Part shown: positions 51,502 through 60,815 of the stretch, piece by piece | Position numbering within the stretch: position 1 is the first letter of the stretch | Layout: each line of letters begins with the position of its first letter | From: an uncultured candidate division Zixibacteria bacterium | GTDB taxonomy: Bacteria; Zixibacteria; MSB-5A5; RBG-16-43-9 | Assembly (NCBI GenBank): GCA_963713865.1 | Contig: OY970208.1 | Location: 1,120,001 to 1,184,000 of the forward strand | Reading direction: 5' to 3' | Length of the DNA: 64,000 nt | The notes under the pieces: generated by a model | Seen by the model: the letters and a program-made list of their open reading frames with translations, nothing else | Databases searched by the model: none | Told to the model about the DNA's origin: nothing | Program-made: the position numbers and the translations under genes

Positions 51502-53686
51502 CCTTACCCCCAATTCTCTTAAAGTTTTAGAGAGGAGGTATCTGAAAAAAGATGATTCCGGGAAGGTAATGGAAACTCCAGAAGAACTATTCTGGAGGGT
51601 AGCTTTAACCATTGCTCAAACAGAAAAAATTTACGGGGCAAGTGATAAGAAAATTGAGCAGTTAGCCCAGGAATTCTATTCTTTTATGAGCCACTTAGAG
51701 TTCTTACCTAACTCACCCACTTTGATGAATGCCGGGAGAGCCTTAGGTCAGCTCTCAGCTTGTTTTGTTCTGCCGATTGAGGACAGTATGGAGTCGATCT
51801 TCGATGCGGTAAAAAATACAGCTTTGATTCACAAAAGTGGTGGAGGAACCGGTTTTTCCTTCTCCCGTCTCCGACCCAAGAACTCAGTTGTGGCATCTAC
51901 CTCTGGAGTTGCCTCAGGACCTATCTCTTTTATGAAGGTGATAAATGCGGCTACTGAGGCGGTCAAACAGGGAGGGACCAGAAGGGGTGCTAATATGGGA
52001 ATCCTGAAGGTGGACCATCCGGATATCTTTGAGTTTATCTCCTGTAAAGATGATTTAAAGGAGCTGAATAACTTCAATATCTCTGTGGCGGTGACTGAGG
52101 ATTTTATAGCAAAGGTGGAACAAGATGAAGAATATGAACTTTTCGATCCACGCACCAGAAAACCTTATGAGAAAGATGGTCAGGTGGTAAAATACAGAGC
52201 TAAAGAAGTATTTGACTTGATAGTGGAACATGCCTGGGGTAGTGGTGAACCAGGTGTCATCTTCTTAGACCGGGTAAATGAATCCAATCCTACGCCCAAG
52301 CTGGGTAAAATCGAATCAACCAACCCCTGTGGCGAGCAACCTCTTTTACCCTATGAGAGCTGTAATTTAGGCTCAATTAACCTCTCAAAGATGATAAAGC
52401 TCGAACAGGGGGAGATGGGTATAGATTGGGAAAAGTTAGAAAAGACTATCAGGCTTTCAGTCCATTTCTTAGATAATGTTATCGATGCCAATAAATATCC
52501 CCTTCCTCAGATTGAGAAGATGACCTTAGCTAACCGGAAGATCGGTTTGGGTGTTATGGGCTGGGCTGATATGCTCTTGCAGCTGGGGATCCCTTATGAT
52601 TCAGAAGAGGCTTTAGAGTTAGGGGAGAAGGTTATGGATTTTATCCTGAAAGAGTCTCACCAGTGCTCCTCAGAGTTAGCAGAGAATAGGGGAAATTTCT
52701 CTAATTGGGAGAAGAGTACTTTTTACGATAAAAAGATTCCGATGAGGAACGCAACTGTTACCACCATTGCTCCTGCAGGAACCATAAGTATCATCGCTGG
52801 CTGTTCCTCTGGAATTGAGCCCTTATATGCAGTCTCCTATATTCGAACGGTTATGGATCAAACCAGGATGGTCGAGGTAAATCCTTTCTTTGAAAAAAGG
52901 GCAAAAGAAGAAGGCTTTTATAGTGAAGATCTTATGGAAAAAATAGCTCAAAAAGGGTCAATTCAGAGCTTCCCGGAAATACCGGAGGAGATAAAAAGAA
53001 TGTTCGTAACCGCCTATGATGTTTCTCCTGAATGGCATGTGAGAATGCAGTCTGCTTTTCAGAAATATACTGATAATGCGGTTTCAAAGACCATAAATCT
53101 CCCTAATAAAGCTACCTTAGAAGAGGTAGGAGAAGCTTATATTTTAGCCTATAAATCCGGCTGTAAAGGGATTACAATTTATCGGGATGGAAGTAGAAAA
53201 GAGCAGGTCTTAACTACCAAAAGGGAAAACGAAGGTGAGGTAATAGTTCAAGACCGTCCAGAGACTCTTACTGGAATAACTGAAAAGATAAAAACTGGCT
53301 ACGGTAACCTTTATGTAACAATTAATAGTGTAAATAATAAACCGTTTGAGGTTTTCGCTCAAATAGGGAAGTCTGGTTATTCCACTATGGCAGACACTGA
53401 GGCTATTTGCAGACTGGTCTCCTTAGCATTACGCAGTGGAGTGGCAGTGGATAAGATCATAGAGCAATTGATAGGGATAGGTGGTTCTTCTCCAGTTTTC
53501 GGGAATGGTGAGCTTATAATGTCAATCCCGGATGCAATTGCTAAAGTTTTAAAGAAGCATTTTGGAAACGGGAAGCCAAATTCAGATAGAGATATAAACT
53601 TAGAGTTCTGTCCGGATTGTGGGGCTAAATTAGAATATAAAGAAGGATGTATCCTCTGTCAGGAATGTGGATTTTCAAAGTGCTAA
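51485..53686 (+). CDS. nrdJ: Class II (B12-dependent) ribonucleotide reductase with C-terminal TSCPD/zinc-ribbon region
   Basis: [53 protein letters not shown]-terminal CxxC...CxxCGFSKC; no nrdB nearby. Confidence 0.92.
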   Translation: MQGTVDLTPNSLKVLERRYLKKDDSGKVMETPEELFWRVALTIAQTEKIYGASDKKIEQLAQEFYSFMSHLEFLPNSPTLMNAGRALGQLSACFVLPIEDSMESIFDAVKNTALIHKSGGGTGFSFSRLRPKNSVVASTSGVASGPISFMKVINAATEAVKQGGTRRGANMGILKVDHPDIFEFISCKDDLKELNNFNISVAVTEDFIAKVEQDEEYELFDPRTRKPYEKDGQVVKYRAKEVFDLIVEHAWGSGEPGVIFLDRVNESNPTPKLGKIESTNPCGEQPLLPYESCNLGSINLSKMIKLEQGEMGIDWEKLEKTIRLSVHFLDNVIDANKYPLPQIEKMTLANRKIGLGVMGWADMLLQLGIPYDSEEALELGEKVMDFILKESHQCSSELAENRGNFSNWEKSTFYDKKIPMRNATVTTIAPAGTISIIAGCSSGIEPLYAVSYIRTVMDQTRMVEVNPFFEKRAKEEGFYSEDLMEKIAQKGSIQSFPEIPEEIKRMFVTAYDVSPEWHVRMQSAFQKYTDNAVSKTINLPNKATLEEVGEAYILAYKSGCKGITIYRDGSRKEQVLTTKRENEGEVIVQDRPETLTGITEKIKTGYGNLYVTINSVNNKPFEVFAQIGKSGYSTMADTEAICRLVSLALRSGVAVDKIIEQLIGIGGSSPVFGNGELIMSIPDAIAKVLKKHFGNGKPNSDRDINLEFCPDCGAKLEYKEGCILCQECGFSKC

Positions 53687-53720
53687 CTCTTCATAAAAAT
53701 TAAACCTTTTATCGTAATAG

Positions 53721-54335
53721 ATGGGATTTATCGCTCCAGCAGGTAGAACCTCTTCACTGACCTGGGAAGGGAAAGTCTTTCAGGTCCAGACTGAATTTGT
53801 AACCCGACCTAACCCCAAGGTAGTCTCCTCGATCATCTTAGATGGAAAGCTGATCCATAAAGTGGAGAAGATGTGGAAAGGGAAGTTGAATGAAGAGAAT
53901 CAGGAGAAATTAGAGCAATTTCTAAAAAAAGAACACGAATCAGTTACTCGGGCTTTGAAAAAGAACCCGTTCGATTTTCTATCCGGGAAGGAAGAGGTGT
54001 TTCAAAGTCAGATAGACAAGCTTTCTAATTTAAAAGAGATAGAAAACCCTTTCATTTTAAGGTATAATGGTTCTATTCTCTATACGGATAAAAAAGAGGA
54101 TAAGTTTCTGGATGGTGTTTCCAAGATCTTAGCCCAATCCTTAAGAATCGGGCAAGCCCTGACTGATTCTTCCAAATTAGGGGAGATAAAGTCAGGTGTT
54201 TTAGACTTCCCATCTCATAAGATCATCTGGGTTTATTATAACGAAAAGCTCTGGGCAGCCTTTCTGAAAAAAGGTTCACCTATAGACGATACCATTAAAA
54301 CGATGGGGAGTTTAATCCAGGAAAGCTATGAATAA
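53721..54335 (+). CDS. Hypothetical protein; N-terminal QVQTE-motif domain plus possible Roadblock/profilin-like C-terminal domain
   Basis: Intact ORF overlapping the next gene; fold guessed only from the residue pattern. Confidence 0.5.
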   Translation: MGFIAPAGRTSSLTWEGKVFQVQTEFVTRPNPKVVSSIILDGKLIHKVEKMWKGKLNEENQEKLEQFLKKEHESVTRALKKNPFDFLSGKEEVFQSQIDKLSNLKEIENPFILRYNGSILYTDKKEDKFLDGVSKILAQSLRIGQALTDSSKLGEIKSGVLDFPSHKIIWVYYNEKLWAAFLKKGSPIDDTIKTMGSLIQESYE

Positions 54336-55080
54336 AACCCTTCAGGAGATCAAATCGGTTCAGGGTGTAACCGGAGTCTTAGTTTTAGATAAGAAAGAAG
54401 GGATAACCTACCAGCTTACCCCAGTCTCTTTTCCCACAGAGGGGTTAAAGGAGTTAGGGGTTAGACTTTCAAGGCTGGTGAAGCTTCTCTCAACTGAGAT
54501 TAAATTGGAGCTGAAGTTTGAAAACGGAATCGCTTTCTTCTATAATTTAGAGCGAGGAGCAATATTGATATTCGGTCGTCCAGGGATTAATCTGCCGATC
54601 TTGAATCTGGTCTTAAAATCTGCCTTTTTAGCCATTGAAAGAAAACTGGCCAAAAGAGAAGAAGAGCCTCATACAGTTGAAGAGAAGAAAGGGTCTTTTC
54701 TATTGGATAAAATCTATTTAGAGCATCTCCTTTTAGCTTTAAACCAGATAGCTAAAATCTATAAACAGAAGCTGGGGACCTATCTGGTTACCCAGAATTT
54801 GAGAAGGTCTAAAGAGGAGCTTCTGCCTAAATTCAGTCTACTACAGAATTTCTTTGTGGATAATAATGGCATAGTTTCCATAATACGGGGAAAAGAGGAG
54901 GAGGATCTCCCTTTTGATAGCATCAAAGCGTTTGCCATCTGGATCAGTTTTTTCATACACTTATGTTCCAGCCATAGCCCGGAGCTTTTAACTGATATAA
55001 AAGAGCTTACTAAAGGGTTGGAGGAAAACTTAGAGCAGATGGGTTTTTATGAGAGCTATGAAAGGCTTAAAAAGAGTTAG
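54328..55080 (+). CDS. Hypothetical protein with N-terminal Roadblock/LC7 (MglB-like) domain
   Basis: LQEIKSVQGVTGVLVLDKKEG start resembles Roadblock domains. Confidence 0.55.
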   Translation: MNKTLQEIKSVQGVTGVLVLDKKEGITYQLTPVSFPTEGLKELGVRLSRLVKLLSTEIKLELKFENGIAFFYNLERGAILIFGRPGINLPILNLVLKSAFLAIERKLAKREEEPHTVEEKKGSFLLDKIYLEHLLLALNQIAKIYKQKLGTYLVTQNLRRSKEELLPKFSLLQNFFVDNNGIVSIIRGKEEEDLPFDSIKAFAIWISFFIHLCSSHSPELLTDIKELTKGLEENLEQMGFYESYERLKKS

Positions 55081-55089
55081 ATCTTATAG

Positions 55090-55123
55090 AAAACCCCTCC
55101 ACCCGAAGGGTGAAGGGGTTTTT
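55090..55123. terminator. Bidirectional intrinsic terminator
   Basis: AAAACCCCTCCACCCGAAGGGTGAAGGGGTTTTT; CUUCGG loop on the minus strand. Confidence 0.85.
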
Positions 55124-55124
55124 C

Positions 55125-55295
55125 GGAAAGGGATAAGGATTTGAAAAAACACTCTTGAAAGAATACAATAAAGGGTTTTTATAGCCACCCGGGATCTTTT
55201 GCTTTCGCTCTCCCGAAGGGTCGTCGCGTACGCGCAACCCCAGGGGACAACCTTAATCGCATCACTGTTAAAGGTTTTTCAAATGATCCCTTTCC
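55125..55295 (-). ncRNA. 171-nt structured RNA, 6S RNA-like candidate
   Basis: Ends pair (GGAAAGGGAU/AUCCCUUUCC; AUUUGAAAAAC/GUUUUUUCAAAU); internal bubble; apical stem with CUUCGG and GCGAAAGC tetraloops; upstream TTGCTT-16-TATTAT; terminator directly downstream. Confidence 0.6.
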
Positions 55296-55522
55296 AGCTT
55301 TATAATATAGATAAAAATAAAAAAAGCAAGTTATTTTTTAAGAAATTTTTATAAGATAGATGAAAAGCTCAAATTTTTGGGAAGAACCAATGGAGTGTAT
55401 CCGCCTGAGGCGGATAGCTTTACCAAAAACCTATTAAAAATAGGAAAATATATTCAGGCAAACCTGTCCTATAAACGGATCCGCAGGAAAGGTTTGCACT
55501 CCATTTTCCATATAGAGAAACT

Positions 55523-55891
55523 ATGATAGAAGCCTTAGGGATAGATTTAATCGAAGTAAAAAGGATAAAAAAAGCTTTAGAAAGATGGGGGAAAAGATTC
55601 TTAGAGAGGGTTTATACTCCTAAGGAGTTATCATACTGTTTAAAGAAAAGGTATCCGGAAAGCTCTCTGGCAGGCAGGTTTGCGGCAAAGGAGGCAGTGA
55701 TGAAAGCTTTAGGAACCGGGCTTTCCTCAGGCGTGAGCTGGAAGGATATAGAGATTGTGAATAATAAAAAAGGCAAGCCAGAGGTTTTTTTATGCGGGAA
55801 GACCAAGAGGATTTTAGGTAAAGGAAAGATTCTTATTAGTATCTCTCATACTAAAGAGGATGCTATTGCCCAGGCGATATTGATAAGGTAG
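55523..55891 (+). CDS. acpS: Holo-ACP synthase
   Basis: GIDLIE, LAGRFAAKEAVMKALGTG, GKP, ISISH. Confidence 0.95.
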   Translation: MIEALGIDLIEVKRIKKALERWGKRFLERVYTPKELSYCLKKRYPESSLAGRFAAKEAVMKALGTGLSSGVSWKDIEIVNNKKGKPEVFLCGKTKRILGKGKILISISHTKEDAIAQAILIR

Positions 55892-55900
55892 TTGTTTACG

Positions 55901-55971
55901 TTCCCTCTCCCTTTGAGGGAGAGGGACAGGGAGAGGGTTACCCTCCCTTTATCCCTCCCGTCAAGGGAGGG
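55901..55971. repeat. CCCTCTCCC...GGGAGAGGG palindromic repeats
   Basis: Two adjacent hairpins; same family as 7995, 20221 and 60664. Confidence 0.7.
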
Positions 55972-56017
55972 AAATAAAATCTGGAAATTAATAACAAACA
56001 TAAAAAAGGAAAAATAA

Positions 56018-56593
56018 ATGGAACAAAAGGAAATCATAGATATCTTTAAAAAGTCAAAAGCTCTTTTAAATGGTCATTTTCTATTGTCCTCAGGTCTGCA
56101 CAGCGATATCTATTTTGAAAAGTTTCAGGTGCTGCAGTATCCTGAATATGTGGAGCTTTTATGTGAAGAGTTAGCCAGGCTTTTCAAGAAGGAGAAGATT
56201 CAGGTGGTAGTGGGACCGACCACTGGCGGGATTATTATTGCTTATGAAGTGGCAAAGAGTTTAAAGGTCAGGTCGATTTTCGCTGAGATGGAAGAAGGAA
56301 AAAGGGTTTTCAAACGAGGGTTTGATCTGCAAGAGAATGAGAGGGTTTTGATTGTGGATGATATTCTGACAACCGGCAAATCAGTGCAGGAAGTTATAGA
56401 TTTGGTAAATAGATATAAAGCTAAAATAATAGGGATCGGAGTCCTTTTAGATAGAAGCGGAAGCAAAGTTCAATTTGCTTATCCTTTAAAACCTTTAGCC
56501 TCTGTTGTTGCCAAAACCTTCAAACCTGAAGAGTGCCCCCTGTGTAAAGAAGGGAAAGTTTTAGTTAAGCCGGGAAGCAGGAAGATGGTTTGA
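56018..56593 (+). CDS. pyrE: Orotate phosphoribosyltransferase
   Basis: GHFLLSSGLHS, VLIVDDILTTGKS, CPLCK, KPGSR. Confidence 0.92.
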   Translation: MEQKEIIDIFKKSKALLNGHFLLSSGLHSDIYFEKFQVLQYPEYVELLCEELARLFKKEKIQVVVGPTTGGIIIAYEVAKSLKVRSIFAEMEEGKRVFKRGFDLQENERVLIVDDILTTGKSVQEVIDLVNRYKAKIIGIGVLLDRSGSKVQFAYPLKPLASVVAKTFKPEECPLCKEGKVLVKPGSRKMV

Positions 56594-56607
56594 GGTTGTT
56601 TTTATCA

Positions 56608-56740
56608 GGAGTGTAAACCTTTAAGTTTACCAAATAGTGTGGTAACCCCGCCTTGTCTTCAAGGCGGGGTTTGTTTGAATAGTAGCCGCAACCTTTAGTT
56701 CGCGAAAAAAGAAAAACGCAGACTTAAGTCTGCGGCTACC
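56608..56740. repeat. REP-like hairpin cluster
   Basis: GTAAACctttaaGTTTAC; ACCCCGCCTTG...CAAGGCGGGGT; GTAGCCGC...CGCAGACTTAAGTCTGCGGCTAC. Confidence 0.78.
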
Positions 56741-56746
56741 GGTTGA

Positions 56747-57199
56747 TTATTTCAGGCTGAACTTAACTTTGTACTTCACCCAGACTGCTACTGGGTTACC
56801 TGCACTGAGAGCTGGTTTGTATTCATACTGCAGAGCAGATTTTGTTGCTGGCTCGCAGAAGATATACGGCTTATCACTCGAATCTCTCAGGCACTCCACA
56901 TCCCTGACTTTTCCCTGTCTGTCGATTAGCGCCTTAATCCAGACCTCTCCTTCTATCCCTGCTTTTTTAGCTGAGTCAGGATAGACTGGCTGGACAGTTT
57001 TTATCGGTTGTGGTGCCTCATCATAGGTAACAAATTCATCCGGGGAAGGAAGGGAGTCCTCACTCAGGGCTTGAGCTTTTCCTGCAGAGGTGGTAGTATC
57101 TTCTCCAGCCATCTTCTCTTTGTTCGCACTCTGTTTCTGGCAATAAAATGCTGTGGACAGTAGAAAAAGAGCGATAAGAAGAAGTATTACTTTTTTCAT
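56747..57199 (-). CDS. TonB C-terminal domain protein
   Basis: Signal/anchor, PVYPDSAKKAGIEGEV, YKPA...GNPVAVW..VKFSL. Confidence 0.85.
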   Translation of the reverse strand: MKKVILLLIALFLLSTAFYCQKQSANKEKMAGEDTTTSAGKAQALSEDSLPSPDEFVTYDEAPQPIKTVQPVYPDSAKKAGIEGEVWIKALIDRQGKVRDVECLRDSSDKPYIFCEPATKSALQYEYKPALSAGNPVAVWVKYKVKFSLK

Positions 57200-57284
57200 C
57201 TTGATCCTCCTTTCGGTTAAGATTTGTTTTTGTTTGCGTGTAAAGATATTAACATAGACTAAAATTTGTTGCTACCTGCTTTTA

Positions 57285-58418
57285 TTAAATTTTCATTTCA
57301 TAAATCCTGTATTTCTTATAAAGCTTAGCCCCGAATGTTTCCAGGGCGTGATTGATTAGAAAGTTGTCCTCTAAATTCCAGGACATCTCTGCCCATTTAT
57401 ACCCTTTCTTCACCCCATTCGTATAGGTGTCTATATAAAATACGGTATCGATCCCCCTCTTCTGATATTTATGAATTACGCCCATAGTTAAAAGTCTAAG
57501 CCCATCGATTACCTTATGAAATTTGGTGAACCAGAGAAGCTTGAAAATTCCAAAAGGGAAAAGCCTGCCATTTAGCTTAATCAACAATTGATTTATATCC
57601 GGCAAAGCCATTGAAAAACCAGCCGGCTCTCCATCTACCTCAGCAATAAAGACTAAATCCGGGTCAACTATCTTTTTGAAATCTTTGGCTAAATGCTCAA
57701 ACTCCTCATCCGTCATAGGGATTGCTCCCCAGTTTTCGCTCCAGGCTAAATTATAGATCTTTTTTATCTTTTCTATCTCACCTTCAAAATCATTTAAATT
57801 CAGTTTACGAACAACTATATTCTTCTTTTTTCTCACCAGCTCAGCTATCCTTTTGAACCTTTCAGGGGGCCGAATACTTTTTTCCATGTAAAAAGCATAT
57901 AGGTCTTTGGCTTTTACCATACCGTATTTTTCCATAAAATCCAGGTAATATTTAGGATTGTAGGTCATCATAAAAACCGGTGGAAAATCAAACCCTTCTA
58001 TGAGGAAGCCGAGCTCGTCATTAACCGAGAAATTCATCGGTCCACGCATAAGCACCATACCTCTGGATTTAAGCCAATCTTTAACTTTATCCAGCAATTT
58101 TTTTGCCACTGCGAAATCCTCGATTGACTCAAAGAAGCCGAAAAATCCAGCTTTTTCCTGATGGGTCTCTATATGTTTGAAGTTCACCAGACCGGCGATT
58201 CGGCCGACTATCTTTTTATCTTTTTCTGCTAAGAATAGAATTACATCAGCATGTTTATAAAATGGATTTTTTTCCGGATTGAAAAAGGCTTTTCTTTCGG
58301 AGATCAAAGGAGGGACCCAGTTTTTATCATATTTATAGATTTTCCAGGGAAATTGGATGAAATCGAGTAAATCCTTTTTGTTTTCCACTACTCTTATTTT
58401 AAGCTCTTCTTTTTCCAT
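57285..58418 (-). CDS. GNAT-fold (YghO-like) N-acyltransferase
   Basis: WVPPL, VGRIAG, FFGFFES, YNPKYY, NWGAIP, YQKRG, EMSWNLEDN. Confidence 0.8.
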   Translation of the reverse strand: MEKEELKIRVVENKKDLLDFIQFPWKIYKYDKNWVPPLISERKAFFNPEKNPFYKHADVILFLAEKDKKIVGRIAGLVNFKHIETHQEKAGFFGFFESIEDFAVAKKLLDKVKDWLKSRGMVLMRGPMNFSVNDELGFLIEGFDFPPVFMMTYNPKYYLDFMEKYGMVKAKDLYAFYMEKSIRPPERFKRIAELVRKKKNIVVRKLNLNDFEGEIEKIKKIYNLAWSENWGAIPMTDEEFEHLAKDFKKIVDPDLVFIAEVDGEPAGFSMALPDINQLLIKLNGRLFPFGIFKLLWFTKFHKVIDGLRLLTMGVIHKYQKRGIDTVFYIDTYTNGVKKGYKWAEMSWNLEDNFLINHALETFGAKLYKKYRIYEMKI

Positions 58419-58702
58419 CGAATAAGCTACCTCTCTTTTATCTGAAGACTCGCTTTTGGTAAGTTTATTTCCTGAACTAAGTCAAAAAAGAAATTAACAC
58501 TTGAGTTTGGGTAAGGCAATAGTTTTTTTAGTATTAAGATTTTTAGTGGTATAACAATATATGCTATATAGGATTGTTGCTTAATTCTTTTTTGGAGATA
58601 TCTTATTTAAGGATAGGGTTTGTCCCTGTCCTAATCCTAATAAGGACAACAATATGAGTTGTCTCTGAATTAAATTCATCATCAACTAAAGAAATTTATA
58701 AT

Positions 58703-58826
58703 AAAAGAAGGGAGCCTGCTTAGAAGACTATCTGGCGGGGGCACAAGTCTATGTCTAATTCTTCACTTAGCGGAATTACCTGTGCGTAGTCCTCGAAAGA
58801 GCAGCGCTCCCAAAAAAAGTTATCCT
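58703..58826 (-). ncRNA. Predicted sigma54-dependent structured small RNA
   Basis: Nested helices 58710-58811 (GGGAGC/GCUCCC, GAGGACUA/UAGUCUUC, GCACAGGU/ACUUGUGC, AAUUC/GAAUU). G-U pairs form only on the minus strand; followed by UUCUUUU. Confidence 0.55.
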
Positions 58827-58837
58827 CAAAAAATATA

Positions 58838-58853
58838 AGCAACTTTTATGCCA
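58838..58853 (-). promoter_or_regulatory. Sigma54 (-24/-12) promoter
   Basis: TGGCATAAAAGTTGCT matches TGGCAY-N5-TTGCW with exact spacing. Confidence 0.7.
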
Positions 58854-58900
58854 GTTGTATATAAAAAGGAGACAATTGTAACCTTATGTTTAACATATAC

Positions 58901-58930
58901 TTGACTTTAACTTTCTTTCTTTGCTATAAC
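58901..58930 (+). promoter_or_regulatory. Sigma70-type promoter candidate facing the portal gene
   Basis: TTGACT-18 nt-TATAAC with extended -10 TGn. Confidence 0.4.
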
Positions 58931-58945
58931 ATGTTAATTTAAAAA

Positions 58946-59038
58946 TGTTCAATTTTTAGACACTTTAGATCTTTACAGATTATATCCTTAATTCTATCTT
59001 AAAGTTACATAATAGTTTTTTTGTCAATTATATTGACA
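58946..59038. promoter_or_regulatory. Two TGT-N11-ACA palindromes, enhancer-binding-protein-like sites
   Basis: TGTTCAATTTTTAGACA (58946-58962) and TGTCAATTATATTGACA (59022-59038), about 95-185 bp upstream of the sigma54 element. Confidence 0.5.
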
Positions 59039-59215
59039 CTAAAACAGCTTAAGTGTTTTTGTCAGAGGCAGATTAACCTCGCCTGGGCGATTTTGAATAG
59101 GGCTACACTATAAAATAGAAGAATAAATAATATTATACCTGACAAACTTACCTTTAACAAATTCAAAAAATCTACTTTTATGATGGAAAAGATGAAAAAT
59201 AACCAGATTTAGAAG

Positions 59216-60532
59216 ATGAAAATCAAAAAATTTTTCAAAAATTTAATAATAAAAGGAAGCCTTCCATCTAAAAAGGAAAACAACAAATCTTTTCCCCTTC
59301 AGGAAAAGGTTCTCAGCTCATACAGACATCTACCATCAACACCACTTTCTAAAGGTTCATTTAGTTCTGAGGATAATGATATTATTCTTCCATCCCGGCA
59401 ACTTTACGATCGTACCTTTAAAATCAAGCTTTACAGATTATTAAGAGATAATATTCCTGCAATAAATTCAGCTATCTGGACCTGGACCAGGCTCTCCTCT
59501 GCTCCCTCTTCTTACAAGCTAAAAGGGAGCGAGGACCAGGATATTCTAAATCAGGCTTCAAAAATAATCTCGAACTTAGACCGAAGAGTCTACCAGCACT
59601 CCTTCCACAAATTTGGTGGAATTGAAGCTTTGCTTACTCAATTCTTCTACTCCCTTTTCACGGATGGGGCGGTATGTGGAGAATTAGTTTTAAACCCTTC
59701 GCAAAATCGTTTAGATAAGTTCTATTTTATCGATCCCTCTACCATAAGGTTCAAGTTATCCAGAACAAACTATGAGCTTTATCAAGAAATTGATGGGGAA
59801 ATGATTAGACTGAATCAGAATTCAACTTACTATTATGGTTTGGACCCTGATCCGGAAGACCCTTGTGGGAGAAGCATTTTATCCTCTATCCCTTTTGTTA
59901 CCAGGATTGAACAGAGATTGCTTTCGGATATGCAGAAAAGTATGCATAATGCCGGGTATCATCGTCTGCATGTAAAGCTAAAACCACCAGAAAGGTTGCC
60001 TTCTGAATCGAATGAGGCTTATATCGGTAGAGCTAATCGTTATTTTGAGGATACTGTGGAGATGATGAGAAAAATTTCGGTGGAAGATAATCCGATAACC
60101 TGGAACGATGTGCAGATAGATTATATCGGACCCCAGGGGGGTTATGCTGCCACCACTTCCTGGTATATTAATCATAAAGCCTTAATTGAGGAGATCTGTG
60201 CAGGTGTTCACTTAGATCCGTTTATCTTAGGGTATTCTTATGGAGCGCCCTATAGCTGGGCACAGATAAAATATGAGATGATTCAAAGGAACATAATCTC
60301 CATCCAGGCTTCCGCTAAACGCTTTATGGAATGGATACACAATTTAGAGCTGGCGCTTCAAGGGTTAGATTTAGAATACGAGCATCATTTTGATAACCGA
60401 AAGACTTTTGGTCTATTAGAACAAAGACAGGCAGAGAAAATCGCTCTGGAGAATATTATTTTGAAAAAGAATACCGGATTGATAGATGAAGAAGAGGCGA
60501 AAAGGGAAATAAAAATAACTGATGACAAATGA
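59216..60532 (+). CDS. Phage portal-like protein
   Basis: 438 aa; portal-like progression LYRLLRD..AINSAI, DGAVCGELV, IDPSTIRF, PCGRSILSS, C-terminal GLIDEEEAKREI; directly upstream of a terminase. Confidence 0.65.
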   Translation: MKIKKFFKNLIIKGSLPSKKENNKSFPLQEKVLSSYRHLPSTPLSKGSFSSEDNDIILPSRQLYDRTFKIKLYRLLRDNIPAINSAIWTWTRLSSAPSSYKLKGSEDQDILNQASKIISNLDRRVYQHSFHKFGGIEALLTQFFYSLFTDGAVCGELVLNPSQNRLDKFYFIDPSTIRFKLSRTNYELYQEIDGEMIRLNQNSTYYYGLDPDPEDPCGRSILSSIPFVTRIEQRLLSDMQKSMHNAGYHRLHVKLKPPERLPSESNEAYIGRANRYFEDTVEMMRKISVEDNPITWNDVQIDYIGPQGGYAATTSWYINHKALIEEICAGVHLDPFILGYSYGAPYSWAQIKYEMIQRNIISIQASAKRFMEWIHNLELALQGLDLEYEHHFDNRKTFGLLEQRQAEKIALENIILKKNTGLIDEEEAKREIKITDDK

Positions 60533-60540
60533 CAGATAAA

Positions 60541-60702
60541 TAAAGGTTCAAAGGTTCAAAAACTCAATGGTTTAAAGGGAAATGAAAAAAGAAGATTAAA
60601 ACATAGAAGTTAAAATGTTTCAGTGCTTATCAGTTCCTATGAGGTAGAAATACCTCGGGGATTTATCCCCTCTCCTTTTTAAGGAGAGGGTCGGAGTGAG
60701 GT
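60541..60702. repeat. Host-type intergenic repeats between portal and terminase
   Basis: AAAGGTTC tandem as at 1501-1540; CCCTCTCCTT..AAGGAGAGGG hairpin as at 55901. Confidence 0.65.
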
Positions 60703-60815
60703 TATTTTTTCGCTCACATCTTTTTTTCATCCTTCGGCATCCGTCGTTAGTAGTTATTTTTTTAATCTGTCATCTTCTATTTTGCTTTCGTTATTTTCTA
60801 TTTGTAGGTGATTTA

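Noticed and set aside
55391-55503. c-di-GMP-I riboswitch (GGCAAACC) upstream of acpS
   Set aside because: No GNRA/receptor architecture or second stem; GCAAACCT pairs with AGGTTTGC within a GGAGTG-type repeat.
58880-58915. dif-like Xer site (TTTAACATA)
   Set aside because: Only a partial XerD arm; no matching XerC arm at 6-bp spacing.
60696-60815. Hydrophobic N-terminal extension (membrane anchor) on the terminase
   Set aside because: It starts inside a repeat and is a T-rich intergenic tract; a TTG with an RBS at 60816 is the more plausible start.
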